From an uncultured archaeon (GTDB lineage: Archaea > Iainarchaeota > Iainarchaeia > Iainarchaeales > JAAZKV01): a DNA stretch of 32,000 nucleotides. The stretch lies in NCBI GenBank assembly GCA_964551375.1, contig CAZKBG010000001.1, positions 210,001 to 242,000 on the forward strand, given 5' to 3'. Of this stretch, positions 29,771 through 32,000 are shown one piece after another. A program made the translations under genes and the position numbers. Under the pieces are notes generated by a model. It saw only the letters and a list, made by a program, of their open reading frames with translations. It had not been told where the DNA came from and made no database searches. Numbering within the stretch: the first letter of the stretch is position 1; every line of letters begins with the position of its first letter.

Positions 29771-30388
29771 GTGCTAGACAATTCTACCATGCAAATATTT
29801 GATTTAACCATGATGATTAATTCCAAAACGCCAACCTTTCCAGGCGACCCAAAGCAGGAAATAAAACAGGTTGCAACAGTTAAAGACAACGGATGGAATG
29901 AGAAAAGAATCTCGTTTAGCACACACTTTGGAACGCACATTGACGCCCCGTTTCACATGATTGAAACAGGAGAAAAATTGACTGACTATTCGCTTCAGAG
30001 ATTCATCGGGGACGCAATTGTGATTGAACTAAGATATCCAATGCCTGACTTGAGTTTTGTTCAGCCAAATGACATAGTATTTTTTTACACAGGGCACTCA
30101 AACAAAGCCTTCACAAAAGATTACTTTGAGAAAAATCCGGTAATAACCCCTGAAATAGCTGAAGCTTTGATTAAAAAAAGAATAAAAATAGTCGGAATTG
30201 ACTCATTCAGCCCTGATAATGAGCCTTATGAAGTTCACAAAATGTTTTTTGAAAAAAGCATCCCGATTGTAGAAAATCTTGTAAGCCTTGACAAACTTGT
30301 GAATAAAAGATTCAAATGCATTATCCTGCCAATAAAATTGGAAGAAGCTGACGGAGCGCCGTGCAGAGTTGTGGGCATAATTGAATAA
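29771..30388 (+). CDS. Cyclase-family protein (kynurenine formamidase-like metal hydrolase), 205 aa
   Basis: IFDLTMMINSKTPTFPGDP ... ISFSTHFGTHIDAPFHMIETGEKLTDYSLQRFIGDAIVIEL ... GIDSFSPDN. Confidence 0.9.
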   Translation: MLDNSTMQIFDLTMMINSKTPTFPGDPKQEIKQVATVKDNGWNEKRISFSTHFGTHIDAPFHMIETGEKLTDYSLQRFIGDAIVIELRYPMPDLSFVQPNDIVFFYTGHSNKAFTKDYFEKNPVITPEIAEALIKKRIKIVGIDSFSPDNEPYEVHKMFFEKSIPIVENLVSLDKLVNKRFKCIILPIKLEEADGAPCRVVGIIE

Positions 30389-30430
30389 ACTAAGAAAAAG
30401 CTAATAAAAAAAATAATTTGCGCTTAATCT

Positions 30431-31123
30431 TTATCTAAGCGCATCATCAATTTTCTGCTTTAAAGTTGCGTAAGGAACCGCTCCAACTACTAAAACCCCT
30501 TCGCCGGTAGTCTTTCCAACAACAAAAGAAGGAGTTCCGTTAATTCCAATCCTTGCGCCCTCATTAGCATCAGATATTATTGCTGAATCAAACTTTCCTG
30601 ACAAAAGGCAAGTGTTGAATGAATTAACATCAACGCCGATTTCTCCCGCCCAAGAGGATACATTAGCAAGGGTCACTGATTGAACCATATTATATGTATT
30701 GCCTGCAAGCTCCTGCTGTTTGTTATACATTTTATCATGCATTTCAAAATATTTTCCCTGCTCTCCAGCGCATCTTCCCGCATAAGCGTACATTCCCGCA
30801 AGAGGGTGCCCGTTAAGAGGCAAATCCTTAAAGATAAATTTTACTTTTCCAGTGTTAACATAATCAGAAACAAGCTGGGCCTTTGATTCAATGAACCATT
30901 TTCTGCAAAACGGGCACTGAAAATCAGAATATTCTATAACCGTAACCGGCGCAGAATCAGAGCCAAGGCTTCCTGCCCCTGCCGATGAAAGAGTTCCTAA
31001 ATTAACTTTTGTTTCCTGCTGTGTACAGCCAAGCAATACTACCAGCGCAAAGATAAGCGCACTGAAAATAATTAATTTCCCCGAGTTCTTCAAGCAAAAC
31101 ACCCACAGTTTATTGGAACACAA
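30431..31123 (-). CDS. DsbA-like/thioredoxin-fold oxidoreductase, predicted lipoprotein, 230 aa
   Basis: LLGCTQQE lipobox; YSDFQCPFCRKWF active site; GTPSFVVGKT. Confidence 0.92.
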   Translation of the reverse strand: MCSNKLWVFCLKNSGKLIIFSALIFALVVLLGCTQQETKVNLGTLSSAGAGSLGSDSAPVTVIEYSDFQCPFCRKWFIESKAQLVSDYVNTGKVKFIFKDLPLNGHPLAGMYAYAGRCAGEQGKYFEMHDKMYNKQQELAGNTYNMVQSVTLANVSSWAGEIGVDVNSFNTCLLSGKFDSAIISDANEGARIGINGTPSFVVGKTTGEGVLVVGAVPYATLKQKIDDALR

Positions 31124-31215
31124 GTATTAAAGAGGTAACCGCTAAAGAAAAATTAAAGAAACCAAAACAAAAATCTCTGCAAAAATCACTAACGTGAAAT
31201 TTTTTATCCGCATTT

Positions 31216-31533
31216 TTGGGGCACAGAGCCAAATACCCCAATCAGAAGCTTTTTATATTACAAAGGCCTAATTTGAGCATGAAAAATTCAAACATAAAAA
31301 ATAATTCTGCAGACAGGATTCACAATTTATCAAAAAATGTTGTCTGGTGGAAAGTTGTAGGAGTAATTATTGGCGGATTTGCTTTAGGAATAGTTATTTC
31401 AAATTATTTCTTCAGCTACACAATTGGTGTTGATTCAATTTTTCAAGGAATACAACTATTACTAATAGCATGTATCCTGGCATTACTTCTTGATGTGCGC
31501 AGACTAATAATCAATTCAGCTAACCGGTGCTAA
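31216..31533 (+). CDS. Small two-TM membrane protein; true start probably MKNSNIKNN at 31279
   Basis: Hydrophobic WWKVVGVIIGGFALGIVISNYFF and GIQLLLIACILALLL. Confidence 0.65.
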   Translation: MGHRAKYPNQKLFILQRPNLSMKNSNIKNNSADRIHNLSKNVVWWKVVGVIIGGFALGIVISNYFFSYTIGVDSIFQGIQLLLIACILALLLDVRRLIINSANRC

Positions 31534-31640
31534 CAACCATCAATAAAACTGGTTTTCTTAATCGAACAATAAAGTTAGTGATTAAGTTCTCTGTATGAAA
31601 ACACCAAAAAGCATTTAATTAACAAAATGAGTAAATTAGT

Positions 31641-32000
31641 ATGCGAGTAAAGCCAAAGGCAAAAGCTCTAAAGAAAGCGCCAATTCCTACGCGCTCAAAA
31701 AAAGCGGCAATTGAAAGAAGATTTCTAAAAAACCCGTTAAAAACAAAATCACTAATAGTAACAGCATGGTTTAGAAAATACTTACGAGAAAACAAAGGCC
31801 TATTAACTTCATTCTTAAAAGCAAGAAGAGAACTTCACAAAGGAAGAGCAGTGGCATTTCAAGAAGGAAAAGTAACTCTTGCATTTCATGATGACCCAAA
31901 CGCAAGCGCATCAGCTCATTTATATAAATTAACGCTTGGAAAAGATATTTTCTTTATTAAAGAACAAAGAGAAGGAAAAAACAGGCACAAATTCAAAGCG
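31641..32000 (+). CDS. Hypothetical basic protein, 3' end beyond window (MRVKPKAKALKKAPIPTRSKKAAIERRFLKNPLKTKSLIVTAWFRKYLRENKGLLTSF...)
   Basis: Hand-translated ORF open for at least 120 codons to the edge; absent from the ORF track because it is truncated. Confidence 0.7.
   Translation, partial: MRVKPKAKALKKAPIPTRSKKAAIERRFLKNPLKTKSLIVTAWFRKYLRENKGLLTSFLKARRELHKGRAVAFQEGKVTLAFHDDPNASASAHLYKLTLGKDIFFIKEQREGKNRHKFKA

Overview
This 32-kb window looks like ordinary chromosome from a low-GC DPANN-type archaeon. The lineage call is inference from archaeal promoter elements, an archaeal-style ATTCCRGYTGATCC 16S 5' end, an eL41-like protein, CTP synthase, UbiA-type genes and recurrent 'GCT' lipoboxes. 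The centre holds a minus-strand rRNA operon: 16S (about 14117-15605), tRNA-Ala(TGC), then 23S (about 10515-13478). It has a TATA/BRE promoter near 16024-16031, a long structured leader and a recognisable 23S processing stem. RNase P RNA (about 8723-8967, minus) and tRNA-Arg(TCT) are present but absent from the ORF track. Protein genes include a thioredoxin fragment, SPFH/stomatin, a DedA/VTT-like membrane protein, a methyltransferase, FKBP, a flavodoxin-like protein, argS, a short alaS, a UbiA-like prenyltransferase, an MJ1255-type glycosyltransferase, nitroreductase, pyrG, a cytochrome-b5-like lipoprotein, a cupredoxin lipoprotein, a histidine-phosphatase-type phosphoglycerate mutase, enolase, hemerythrin, a cyclase-family protein and a DsbA-like protein. 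The most interesting candidates are: (1) an unassigned, highly structured RNA candidate of about 230 nt at 10033-10262; (2) a compact redox lipoprotein cluster at 22936-24204; (3) two distant paralogous KaiC/RecA-like proteins with no visible Walker A, one translationally coupled to a multi-TM protein next to hemerythrin; (4) a 611-aa AlaRS lacking the C-terminal region; (5) an inverted repeat over the predicted rRNA transcription start. No CRISPR array or mobile element was recognised.
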